Positions 27,651 to 40,249 of a DNA stretch of 64,000 nt are shown in pieces. The number at the start of each line of letters is the position of its first letter. Within the stretch, counting starts at the first letter, position 1. The stretch lies in NCBI GenBank assembly GCA_951406725.2, contig OX597819.1:30690001-30754000 (forward strand). The letters run 5' to 3'. The translations under genes were made by a program, and so were the position numbers. The notes beneath the pieces are model-generated. The model did no database searches. It was not told the DNA's origin and saw only the letters and a program-made list of their open reading frames with translations. Source of the stretch: Octopus vulgaris. Its lineage: Eukaryota.

Positions 27651-28876
27651 GATATTCCTCTGGAGACAAAAATCTACATATATGTTTTGATTCATGTCTG
27701 TAGGTGATTTGGGTAGGGTCATATGCTAAGAATTGGTCATCGTTTTCAACTATATGGGGCAGAATCTCATCAGGGTTTTATGAGCTTATACTACAAAGGT
27801 TAACATATTTCTTGAAAGGATGCAGACAAATTACTAACAAGTTTAAGAAGTTGTATCATATATATTATGCATATGTATTTAGCTAGTGAGTTATAGATGT
27901 AAGTAAAGATAAAATAAAATAAAAATAACATACAAATAAAGCTAAAGTAAGACGATATAAGATAAAAAGTGAAGAAAAACATAAATGTACGTAAAATATA
28001 TAGTCTTTTACTTGTTTCAGTCATTTGACTGCAGCCATGTTGGAGCACCGCCTTTAGTTGAACAAATTGACCCCAGGGCTTATTCTTTGTAAGCTTAGTA
28101 CTTATTTTATCAGTCTCTTTTCCCAAACTGCTAAGTGATGGGGATGTAAATACACCAGATTCGGTTGTCAAGTGATGGTGGGGGACAAACACACACACAC
28201 ACACACATACATACATATATACGACAGGCTTCTTTCAGTTTTCGTCAACCAAATTCACTCACAAGGTTTTGGTCAGCCCGAGACTATAGCAGAAGACACT
28301 TGCCCAAGGTACCATGCACTGAAACTGAACCTGGAAACATGTGGCTGGTAAGCAAGCTACTTACCACACACAGCCACTCCTGTATATAAATTTAAATAAA
28401 AGGAAAGAACAATACTTCAATATGCAAGGGAAGAATTATATAATAAAATAAATGAAGGATAAGTTAGATAGTAAAAGAATTATTAGTCGACCATAATAGA
28501 CGAATTATTTTCATTGGTTTGGAAATAGATACAGTTTAGGAAATCTATGGATGCGTAATGTTCACCTCATATTGTGTCGTATTTAAAATCAAGTATAGAC
28601 AAAAGTTTGAAAAATCTGACCATTTGAAAAATCTTGAAAGCCTTACATGTAAATCCTGTCATCATTATATAAAATGTATATATTCATATTTATGTATTTA
28701 TACATTCATGTGTGTATATATATATATATATTTCAATATATATGTATATGTGTTTACACATATATACACATATGCATATATCCACACAAAATACATGTTT
28801 ATAAATATAAATTAAAATTCAGAAAATGGAGATGTAGCATTAGCATAATTTAATAACTGCAAAAATTCAACATATT

Positions 28877-28958
28877 CTCTTACAGCTGTTTCGCTTTAGC
28901 CCAAAGAATTAAATTCAGTAATTAAATCATTGTATTGGGCAAAATCTCATCAGAGGAG
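28877..28958 (-). ncRNA. Type-I hammerhead ribozyme (intact core) in a microsatellite-flanked pLTR-like segment
   Basis: ctcct-CTGATGA-gattttgcccaa...ttgggctaaagc-GAAAC-agct-GTA-agag, with the palindromic loop ACAGCTGT. Confidence 0.7.
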
Positions 28959-29007
28959 TAGAAAAGACATAGCATTAGTTTATTAGATGTTGCTTCCAAA
29001 TCATCTT

Positions 29008-29055
<48 letters not shown>

Positions 29056-29057
<2 letters not shown>

Positions 29058-29239
29058 GGAGTAAACACATAAAGGTGAAACAAGGTGGAAAAAAAGAGTA
29101 CTCAAATACCAGTGGTAGAGTAATATGCTTTATTTAAAGCAGCTGAAAATTCAACAAAACCTGTTACTCTGAGTTTCACGTTGCCGTTCGTCGGACAGAG
29201 TAACAGGTTTTGTTGAATTTTCTGCTGCTTTAAATAAAG
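29056..29239. mobile_element. Fold-back pLTR-like element in (TA)n: 44-bp arms, tail and hammerhead
   Basis: 29128-29171 vs 29196-29239 (1 mismatch), tail 29056-29127. A related 3' end lies at about 37145-37250. Confidence 0.8.
29161..29198 (-). ncRNA. Minimal hammerhead, CCGA variant, GNRA-capped stem II
   Basis: ctgt-CCGACGA-acg-gcaa-cgt-GAAAC-tcaga-GTA-acag. Confidence 0.7.
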
Positions 29240-29930
29240 TATATATATATATATATATATACTCACACACAAACATAGATATTTTTAAAATTTATTTTCT
29301 TTTATTATTATCACAAAGGTTAAGTTGTTAGAATTATGTTATGGGAAGTTTCATATGTAGAATTGATCGGTTAAGAGGTCAAATAAAAAGAAAAGTTGAA
29401 TGAGAGAGTGAAGAGAAAAAGAATATAATATAATGAAATAACACATGGTAGAATATGTGGGAGCATATATTGGGTATTTGTTATAATGTAGCATAATATA
29501 TTTGTAATTATTAATTAATTAACTAAATAAATTGGAGATCCTTTCATTATTTGTAGGAATGATGACTAATTCTTAGTATATGACCCTGCCCAAATGCGTA
29601 GAATTCTGAATGACCTAGGGGCATTGAATCAAAACATACATGTAGGTTTTTGGCATCTGCTATTTCTTTTGAAGCTTTAATATTTATAATTTATTTGCAT
29701 TGTTTTTATAAAAAAAAAAAAAAACTTTCAACCTCATTATTTCATACCGATAAATTATTTAATCATCCATAATTCTCCATTTTCTTTCTTCCATTAATAA
29801 CAATATGTATTACTATAATAATCTCCAACATATCATCGAGACTTCCCCTTATATGATAGAGATTAACCAGTGAAATTAATTAATCCCTAATTAATCCCTA
29901 ATGAGAATCTGACATCCTCAAATTGACTAG

Positions 29931-29977
<47 letters not shown>

Positions 29978-30064
29978 CATATATACATACATATATATAT
30001 ATATATACATACATAATATATATACATTCATACATATATATATATACATACATACATATACATT

Positions 30065-30102
<38 letters not shown>

Positions 30103-30170
30103 TACATATATATATATATATATATGAATGTATATATATATATATATGTATGAATGTATATATATGTATG

Positions 30171-30211
<41 letters not shown>

Positions 30212-30368
30212 CTATACATATATATATATATATACATCATTTATATATATATATATGAGGATGTCAGATTATATTAGTATGTATGTATATAATATATATA
30301 ATATATACATTCATTCATATATATATATATACATTCATACATATATATATATATATATATACACACAC

Positions 30369-30418
<50 letters not shown>

Positions 30419-30450
30419 CATATATATATACACACATATACATATGTATG

Positions 30451-30496
<46 letters not shown>

Positions 30497-31423
30497 TATA
30501 CGTATGTATGTAAATATATATATATATATATATATACAATATATATATATAATATATATATATATATATACATATACATACATACATACATATACATATA
30601 TAAATATGTATATCATCATCATCATCATCGTCATCACCATTATCCTCATCATTGTATTACATGCAGACATAAATTAGATGGGTCATTACAATCTGAGTCA
30701 CCACCTCATAAACAAGATGGGAGAAACCTTGCCTTGCTAAAATATTTTATTTCAATTTGGTTTTCATGCCTGGAAGCCATTTCTAACACCAACCACTTTA
30801 TAGGGTATACTGGTTGCATATAGATTAATTTGTTTTTACATACATTCTTCCATGTTAGCATGGACAAGAAGAATATATTACCAAGACATCATTTTATATT
30901 GGACACTGTTCCAGTTGCTAACACTTACCTGTTCTTCAGATAACAGATCTCTTATTCTACAGGTCTTTGAAGGCACAAATGATAAAAACATCACAAGCGT
31001 GTACATGCATATACATATATGTAGGCAGTAATATAAATATATCAATGCATATATTCATATATACGATCATATATGCAGACATGTATAAACATATATGCAT
31101 ACTCATACATGTATAGATGTATACACACACACATGCATTCATTTATATATGCATGTATGTATATATATATATATGTATATATATATGTTTATATATATAT
31201 ATATCTGCAAAAGTAATATTATTTTAAAACATTTTATGGATAACAGCTGAGCATATACTGACAGCATGAATCTATAATCAGATTAGAGTCAAATTATGAG
31301 ATATATTGTGAAGAGCAATTTGTCAAAGATTTCACAATAGATCATGCCATCATCCGCTTCACTACTTCCACCAGCATCACTACCACCACCCCACCATCAT
31401 ATATATACACATATATGTATGTA

Positions 31424-31494
<71 letters not shown>

Positions 31495-31721
31495 ATGTAT
31501 GCATGTATGTATGTATTTATGTATGTATGTATGTATGTGGGTCTCTTTATCTATATGACTCACTTAATGCATGCATATCATTGAAAAGTAAGAGGCTGCA
31601 ATGGGACTGTCTCAAGGAAAGATCTCTTAATGGATGTATTGTGTCAAAAACATAGACAGATGGAACTTTCTACAAGATCACCACTGCAGGCTCTGATATT
31701 GCAATTATATACATACATTAA

Positions 31722-31941
31722 CCATTTTGTTACTGTATTTCTTTTGAGGCACTCTGTGTTTCTTTCAATTACTTTAAATATAACAAAGAATTTAGTAAAA
31801 TAACTTACTAACCATTCAGCTAGCTTTAGGAACATAAATTGTGATAAAGGTTTGGTGGAAGATTTTTATTCAAAACTTATGTAAACAAGACATTTGTACT
31901 CAGAGCCAGAGCCGGTTTCAGCCGGGTTGATAATAAAAGGG
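31722..31941. mobile_element. piggyBac-like MITE
   Basis: TTAA|CCATTTTGTTA...ATAAAAGGG|TTAA. Same family as 63275-63494. Confidence 0.75.
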
Positions 31942-32061
31942 TTAAGTATGTCATACAGATAAAATTTATAATCTACAGCCACTTCCATTGCATAGTTCAG
32001 AAAAATTTTGAGTGTATGTGCTGTGTGTATGTGTATGCGTGTGTGTGTATATATATATATA

Positions 32062-32400
32062 GTAATAATATTAGGGAATAAATCCAAACTTACAGGGAAA
32101 AATTAGATTTAGGATTAAATCCAATTTTATAGTATAAATATATTATATTATATTAAATTAGAGATAAAACCACTATTAGGCAAATCAAATAGTGAAAAAC
32201 ATAAGTCAATAAATAAAATTAATTTAAAAATATAAAAGTTAAAATTTAAAAAATTATTTAAATAATTTAAACTTATAAATTTTAAATATATATATACAAA
32301 TATATATATATATGTATGTATGTATATTTTTATATTATTTTAATTATTAATTTATTTGATTTGCCTAATAGTGGTTTTATCTCTAATTTAATATAATATA
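32062..32400. mobile_element. Fold-back element in (TA)n with perfect 48-bp arms and a left tail
   Basis: 32144-32191 is the reverse complement of 32353-32400. A related fragment lies at about 60520-60600. Confidence 0.7.
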
Positions 32401-32613
32401 TATATACATATATATACATACATACATGTGTCTGTGTATATATATATATTTTTTTTTTCTTTTATTTCTTTTATTTGTTTCAGTCATTTGACTGTGGCCA
32501 TGCAGGAGGACTAATCGACCCCAGAACTTATTCTTTGTAAGCCTAGTACTTATTCTACTGGTCTCTTTCCTGAACAGCTAAGTTACGGGGAAATAAACAC
32601 ACCAGCATTGTCA

Positions 32614-32666
<53 letters not shown>

Positions 32667-33055
32667 TATATATTTTTTTATTCTGTCACTTGTTTCAGGC
32701 ATTTGACTGTGGCTATGCTGGGGCATTGCCTTCAGTTGAGCAAATCAACCCCAGGACTTATTCTATTGGTCTCTTTTGCCAAACCACTAAGTTACAAGGA
32801 CGTAAACACAACAGCATCAGTTGTCAAGCAATGTTGGGGGGACAAATATACACACACCAACATATATATATGACAGGCTTCTTTCAGTTGCCATCTACCA
32901 AATCCACTCAATGGCTTTGGTCAGCCCGAGGCTATAGTAGATGACAAATGCCCAAGGTACCATGCAGTGGGACTGAACCCAGAACCATGTGGTTGGTAAG
33001 CAAGCTACTTACCACACAGCCACTCCTGTGCCTCTATATATATATATATCACATG

Positions 33056-33105
<50 letters not shown>

Positions 33106-33144
33106 CATATATATCATATATATATATATACGATATATATATAT

Positions 33145-34039
33145 ACTACTACATATGTGGCAAATTCTGTCTGTGGGTGTGTTTGTGGAGTAGTTAGCTA
33201 ACTCCTATATCATTTTATCGATTTTGATGAAACTTGACTCATGAGTAAAACTCATGTCAGGAAACCTTATGGCATAATCAGATTGTTGAAAAAAATCTAT
33301 AACAGGGACCCTGGAAGGGATCTTTATATATATCTCATGTATTTTATTTTACAAGTCAAGGGAAATAACCCATTCATCCCTGGAAGAGATCCTTATATAT
33401 AGCCAAGGGAAATAACCTATTCATTTTCCTAAATTATTTGGTAGATGTCAAATTGAGTATGCTTATTTTTTAGTATTTGAACTGTTAGAGTTATTTTCAC
33501 AATTTATCCAATACAACCCTTAAACAAGTAAATAGTATTTTTCTAAACAATACATCTACTTAGTGAGATTAGTGACTTATTCAAGAATATACCAACACTA
33601 GCACCCCTGAGGGTAATATTGTCTGGGAACACACAAAAGCTCTTTTCAGAATTATTTACTTTGAATTGATATCTCATATCTGATTAGCCGGTTATTTCAC
33701 AACATGCCTCACGATTTTAGTATACATACCTTATTAGTACTTCCTCCTATGTTCTATATACTCTGGGAATGCATTAAAGCCCTTTTCAAGGCTACTTTAT
33801 TTGTAATTTTACTATCGGGTAACTAATTTCATGTTATTACATAACTGCCTTCACAACTTAGGTAATAATAACTTATTGGAAATTCCTAAAAACAAGATCC
33901 TGTTTAAGACAGTTTGGTATTCTCTGTAATTGCAGGAAAACCGTTTTAAGGGCTACATACTTGTAGTGTTGTTATTGGATTAGTGAAACACTAAGGGATA
34001 AGCCCCGCTTTCCTGGAAATTACGGGGTACGTCAGCTAG
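33145..34039 (+). mobile_element. Non-autonomous Helitron family H2
   Basis: Ends ccccg...cgggg-tacgtcag-CTAG|T and is homologous to 37478-38032. Confidence 0.75.
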
Positions 34040-34067
34040 TATATATTTATATATATATAAAAATATA

Positions 34068-34226
34068 ACTAAGGGTATCTACGAGATACCGCCATACTGA
34101 AAATAGCAGCCAGGATCTGACTCTAAGACCACATTAAATGTTCATTAAGTGAACACTTAATGTGGTCTTAGACTCAGATCCTGGCTGCTATTTTCAGCAT
34201 GGCGGTATCTCGTAGATACCCTTAGT
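34068..34226. repeat. Near-perfect 159-bp palindrome in TA-rich sequence (77-bp arms)
   Basis: 34068-34144 vs 34150-34226 with 3 mismatches and a 5-nt loop. Confidence 0.85.
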
Positions 34227-34227
34227 A

Positions 34228-34272
<45 letters not shown>

Positions 34273-34369
34273 CACACAATCTCAGATCAAGTCACTTGCT
34301 ATGCAAGTACAACTCTGTAAAAATAAAAGATTATATATATATAGTATATATAATATATTTAATATATAC

Positions 34370-34415
<46 letters not shown>

Positions 34416-34676
34416 TAGCATATATAAATCTATGTATATGCATATATATATTGTACATACATACATATATATGTATATATTTTATATTTATACATATATA
34501 TATAATATATACAGTATATATATATATATATCATATATATATATAATAAAATATATATAGTATATACATATTATATATATACATATATAATATATATATA
34601 TATACATACACACATAATATATATATACTATATAAGATATATATATATACATAATATATATAATATATAATATCTA

Positions 34677-34707
<31 letters not shown>

Positions 34708-34708
<1 letters not shown>

Positions 34709-35062
34709 AAGGAAATGAAGAAAATGCTGACAAAATAATTTAAGTAAGGGAGAGTGTATTTAATTAGGTGATAGTTCTTTTTACCGGTTGCGCATTTGTT
34801 ATGCTTATCAAAAGATATTTTTTTAAGAGAGATAGAGTTCCTTTCTGATAGATTTTTTTCTCTTAAAGAGAAAAAAATCTATCAGAAAGGAACTCTATCT
34901 CTCTTAAAAAATATCTTTTGATAAGCATAACAAATGCGCAACCGTAAAAAGAACTTTCACCTAATTAAATACACTCTCCCTTACTTAAATTATTTTGTCA
35001 GCATTTTCTTCATTTCCTTTTTTTATATATCACAACTTGTGTTCCACATCTCCTTTTTTAAA
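34708..35062. mobile_element. Fold-back element in (TA)n: arms of about 155 bp, 3-nt loop, tail of about 40 nt
   Basis: 34708-34863 vs 34867-35020 (1 substitution, 2 single-base indels). Confidence 0.85.
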
Positions 35063-35498
35063 TATATATATATATATATATAAATAAATACATATATAAA
35101 TGTATGTATGTATGTGAAGGCGCATGGCTCAGTGGTTAGAGCGTTGAGCTTACAATCGTGAGGTTGTGAGTTTGAATCCCGGATGGGCTGCGTGTTGTGT
35201 TCTTGAGCAAGACATTTTATTTCACATTGCTCCAGCTCACTCAGCTGTAGAAATAAGTTGCGACATCACAGGTGCCTGGCTGTATCGGCCTTTGCCTTTC
35301 CCTTGCATAACACTGGTGGCGTGGAGAGGGAAGGCTGGTATGCATGGGCGACTGCTGGTCTTCCATAAACAACCTTGCCCAGACTTGGGAGGGTAACTTT
35401 CTAGGTGCAATCCCATGGTCAGTCATGACCGAAGGGTGTCTCAGTATGTATGTATGTATAGTACAGTATAGTACAGTATAGAACAGCATGTACAGTAT

Positions 35499-35532
<34 letters not shown>

Positions 35533-35540
35533 ACATATAC

Positions 35541-35583
<43 letters not shown>

Positions 35584-35597
35584 TATATATATGCATC

Positions 35598-35632
<35 letters not shown>

Positions 35633-35659
35633 CATTTATATATGCTAGAATAAGAATAG

Positions 35660-36283
35660 GCTAGGTAAAGTTTAGAAAGAGCCTCCTCCCTGAGTGAAAG
35701 GCAGATTGTATGATGGCTGTGTGCATGGCTCTGACCACTGAAGACATGCCTAGGCTTGAAAGAAATGAAGCTAGTATGCTTCGTTGGATGTGCAATGTCA
35801 GTGTATGTACAACAGAATGTAAGCATCTTGAGAGAAAACTTGAGCATCAGATGTGGTGTACAAGAGAGACGACTGTGCTGGTATGGTCATGTGATGCATA
35901 TGGACGAGGACTGTTGTGTAAAGAATTGTCGATCTCTAACTGTGGAGGGAACCAGAAAGACATGGGACAAGGCGGTGAAGCAAAATCTTCGAACATTGGG
36001 CCTCACGGAGCTGATGACAAGTGACCAAGACCTTTGGCAATATGCCATGCTTGAAAAGACTCGTCAAGCCCAGTGAAATCACAGTCATGGCCAATGCCAG
36101 TGTCACATAACAGGCACCCAGGCCAGTGGCACATAAAACGCACCCATTACACTCTTGGAGTGGTTGGCATTAGGAAGAGCATCCGAATCAGATAGGAAAC
36201 TGGTGCAGCTCTCTCGCTTACCAGTTTCAGTCAAACCGTCTAACCCATGCCAGCATGGAAAGCAGGTGCTAAATGATGATGAT
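35660..36283 (+). mobile_element. RTE LINE 3' fragment with (GAT)n tail
   Basis: RLERNEASMLRWMCNV and VQERRLCWYGHV match the RTE copies below. Confidence 0.85.
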
Positions 36284-36450
36284 GAATACATATACACACA
36301 CACATATACATACATATATATATATGTGTGTGTGTGTGCGTGTATGTGTCTATATATGTGTATATGTGTGTGTGTGTGTGCGTGTAAGTGTATTCCCCAT
36401 CAAACATTGAATTTTGTTTCTTTTTCATCACTCTCTCTTCCACAGCTATT

Positions 36451-36456
36451 TTTATT
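36451..36456 (-). promoter_or_regulatory. Candidate polyadenylation signal AATAAA for the methyltransferase gene
   Basis: AATAAA on the minus strand about 14 nt after the TGA stop. The context is AT-rich, so chance occurrence is possible. Confidence 0.4.
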
Positions 36457-36469
36457 TAACTTGAAATAT

Positions 36470-36634
36470 TCAAAATTGGTATTCAAAGATATAATTCCAT
36501 CCTCGTTTACTCTGCGGAAAGTATCCATTCCGATGGAGATAATCCATGGTTTCTAAGATTGGTTCAGAGTTATGCAGAGCCTCATAGATAATGTAGGTCG
36601 GGCGGAAGCCAAGTTTAATGAACTGTTTTAAGAT
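36470..36634 (-). CDS. Terminal coding exon of the same FkbM-family methyltransferase
   Basis: Acceptor cttatctttttcAG|, phase 0. It reads ILKQFIKLGFRPTYIIYEALHNSEPILETMDYLHRNGYFPQSKRGWNYIFEYQF* (54 aa, below the ORF-track cutoff). The IL...RP..I..E...L...GY...N.IF pattern is typical of FkbM C-termini. Confidence 0.85.
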   Translation of the reverse strand: MLKQFIKLGFRPTYIIYEALHNSEPILETMDYLHRNGYFPQSKRGWNYIFEYQF

Positions 36635-37020
36635 CTGAAAAAGATAAGACCATTAAACATTGATTATTTTTCTGGGAATATTTCTTTTCTTTATTAAGGA
36701 TTTTTAATTACATTTAACCCTTTATCATTTAAACCAGCCATACCTGGCCCAAATGTTCTACCTGTTTTATGTTCAAAATAAATTCCTTCAAATGGATGGA
36801 AAACATCCAATTGTCACTGGATTTTCAGTTAAATACTACAATACAGAAGACAAAAAATCCAAACTTAAAATGGTATAATTTCAATATATAACTATTAAAG
36901 GAAATAGAGAAATACAATTGACATATTATAAATTTATTAACATTATAATATAATATATTATAATTATACTATAAAAAGCTATAATATAATATAATATAAC
37001 AAATAATTAAAACAAACATA

Positions 37021-37100
37021 TATCCTACAATTTGTTTCAATTCATATTCACTGGTGAATTTATAAAAAATTCACATTTATGTATATGAATCTCGTCAGGG
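37021..37100 (-). ncRNA. Type-I hammerhead ribozyme (intact core, branched stem II)
   Basis: cc-CTGACGA-gattcatat-[...gtgaattt..aaattcac...]-atatgaatt-GAAAC-aaatt-GTA-gg. Stem II has 9 bp. Confidence 0.7.
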
Positions 37101-37257
37101 TAATATTTATCAAAATAATAGACAAACGAGAGTGTAAAGGTCTGAGTCACAGTTTTTTGTAATGTTTTTACAGCTTTAATAATAAAGTATATTACTCTAC
37201 CTTCAGTATTCGAGTACTATTTTTACCACCTTGTTTTGTACTCATGTGTATTTATAT

Positions 37258-37305
<48 letters not shown>

Positions 37306-37477
37306 ATACATGTGCAATTTGGCTGTGTGATAAGTTTGCTTCCCAACCAGGTTCAGTCCCATTGCATGGCACCTTGGGCAAGTGTCTTCTACTATGACAT
37401 CGAACTGACCAAAACTTCGTGAGTGGATTTAGTAGACAGAAACTATAAGAAGTTCACCATATGTATATATGTATATA

Positions 37478-38032
37478 CTAGCTAATAATGTACCTGGTAA
37501 TTCCCAGGAAAACAGGGCTTATCCCTTGGTTCTGTTCTCATAATTGTTTCGTTAATCCAGTAATAACAATACAAAGTATGTAGCCCTGAAAACAGTTTTT
37601 GTGCATTTATTGAGAATTGAGAATACCGAACTGTCTTACACAGGATCTTGTTTTTAGGAATTCCCAATAAGTTATGAATACCCAAATTGTGAAGTCAGTT
37701 ATGTAATAACATGAAATTAATCAACAGATAGTAAGAATTCAAATAAAGTGTAGGTGCTATGGGTTATTTCCCTTGAGTGTTGAAAAAAAATATTATGCAG
37801 GTGCATATTCCCTTGGGTGTTTAAAAAAAATTAGTTATATGAAGTAGATATAAAGATCCCTTCCAGAGGTCATATTATCGATTTTTTTCAACAATCTAAG
37901 TATGTCACAAGGTTTCTAGACATGAGTTCTACTCACGCGTCAAGTTTCATCAAAATCGTTAAAACAATGTAGGAGGAGTTAGCTAACAATGCCACAAACA
38001 AACACACACCAATTTTCCACATATTTAGTAGA
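37478..38032 (-). mobile_element. Non-autonomous Helitron family H2 inserted in a SINE B copy (about 37320-38230)
   Basis: A|TCTACTAAATATGTGG...CTAG|T, with SINE halves on either side. Confidence 0.8.
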
Positions 38033-38511
38033 TTTATGTGTGTCTCTGTGTCTGTGTTTGTTTCCCCACCATCACTTGACAATTGATGTTGGTGTGTTTA
38101 CAACCCCATAACTTAACAGTTCGGCAAAACAGATTGATGGAATAAATCCTGGAATTGATTTCTTTGACTAAAAAACCCTTAAAGGCGATGCTCCAGCATG
38201 GCTGCAGTCACATGACTGAAACAAGTAAATGAATGAAAGAATAATGACATTGTTGTCACTGTAAAGGTTGTTGTTCGATCCAACCTAATTCATCCTCACA
38301 TATCAAACAAACCACATGATTTGCATGGAGAGTAACGAGCAACTCCCGAAGATATTCCACATTCACATGGATAATTAATGGAAGTGATTGGGCTATGCAT
38401 GTAGGGGATCTGGAGACACTGATAAGAAATGGACTGAATAGCACTTGAATTATGTTCTGTGTTAATTGGTGAGAAAGAGATAGAAATTAAGTGAGAAAGT
38501 AATATATATTG

Positions 38512-38790
38512 AGAAGACGTCGCCAGTGCCGCTGGACTGGCTCCTGTGCAGGTGGCACGTTAAAAGCACCATTTGGACATGGCCGTTGCCAGTACCACCA
38601 AACTGGCCCTCGTGCCAGTGGCACGTAAAAGCACCCACTACACTCTCGGAGTGGTTGGCGTTAGGAAGGGCATCCAGCTGTAGAAACTTTGCCAGATCAG
38701 ATTGGAGTCTGGTTCGCCAGACCTCAGTCAAATCATCCAACCCATGCTAGCATGGAAAGCGGACGTTACATGATGATGATGATGATGATG
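38512..38790 (+). mobile_element. RTE 3'-UTR-type element with (GAT)n tail (other copies at about 42315-42650, 47495-47965, 59378-59600, 60000-60220, 60658-61110 and 63495-64000)
   Basis: gtggcacgtaaaagcacccactacactctcggagtggttggcgttaggaagggcatcc...catgctagcatggaaagcggacgtt(gat)n is shared with the RTE 3' UTRs. Confidence 0.85.
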
Positions 38791-39343
38791 AAGGCAAATG
38801 GCAGTGTACACACCATTGGTATGTGATATTATTGTAGAATACATGCTGAGTTAAAGGATGATGTAGTCAGTTATATGCTTATTTTACAGGTGGAATACAG
38901 GAACAAAGAAAATGAGGTATCTCTTATGATAAAAGGCAGATTTTCTCTGCCTGTTCCCATGTTTCTTTTTAATACAATTCTACAATATAGAATTTCTTCA
39001 ATTGAAATTTACCTATGATTTTTCTAAGTAGATTCGATTGGATCATGGCATATAAAGTTTTTTTCAATTTCACCCCCAATTAAGCAAAAATTCGAGAAAA
39101 CTCAATATTTTACGATTTGCCTCTCTCATTTCAAGTGGTTTACTCCTGCTATTACCACCACACTTTCTCCTACTTTCTCTTTGCAAGAGTGAAACTATTA
39201 AAGTGAAAGTATTATATAACAGGGATGAGCCATTAATATTGGTCATCCTTTTTGCTAGAGGAAGATCCGCTATGGTCTTATATGCTACACCACTGGTTTT
39301 CAATTCATATTAATCAAATTAATATTCAATTTTTCACCCTTAT

Positions 39344-39388
<45 letters not shown>

Positions 39389-40249
39389 TAGCAATTCGTA
39401 TAAAATTGCATCAATGACTTGAACTTGAATAAGTGGTTTCACATAAATGGGGATAAATTAAAAAGATTTGTTATTATTATTACTGTTTGACTATTGTAAT
39501 CATGTTTGTTGGTTCCTCGTCAGGGAAACGTTGTTGTGTTGCATTTGTTAAATAATTGTAAACCGTAACCCTCCCCCTTTCGGAGAAGGGGTTTTGGTTA
39601 TTGTTTAAAAATTGAATTGTGTCCCTGTTTGGGAAAATTGACAATATTTTCACCGTCTTTATGGGAGTATTTTTGTTAAAATGCCTTCGATAGAAGAAAG
39701 TCCAAAAATGAATTTCGCTGCAGCCGTACACTTCTATACAAGAGGGAGAACAAGATCCAATTCATCGAAATTGCAAGAGACGGGCCTACAATTTCAGTCT
39801 GTTATATATTTTGAGTATTGTTATCACTAGCGATATCAAGATATAACTTTGTATTTTGTATTTTATGTGTAGATGTATATATATAGATGTACATGTAATA
39901 TGTACACATATATATACACATATATACATGCATAATATATCTACCCATACACACATACGCACACATACACACACACACATACATAGGGGCAGGTGTGGCT
40001 GTGTGGTAACAAACTACGTTCCAAACACATGGTCCTGGGCTCAGTCCCACTGTGTGGTGACTTGGCATGTGCCTTCTGCTGTAGCTTCAGACCAATAAAA
40101 GCCTTCTCAGTGGATTTTGTACATATATACAGGCATACATACATATATATACATGCATACGTACATATTCGGCATAAACACTCTACCACTACAACTAATA
40201 ACTGTTGGGAACACTTTCAAACCTGCCTTACATTCGAACTGGAATCTCA

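Noticed and set aside
38256-38444. Possible extra exon inside the methyltransferase intron
   Set aside because: The flanking exons already join into a continuous FkbM domain. No frame resembles a known protein and the frames contain stops.
39425-39530. Possible hammerhead on the minus strand (ccCTGACGAggaacc...GAAAC)
   Set aside because: There is no stem II partner before GAAA and no matching GUH or stem I.
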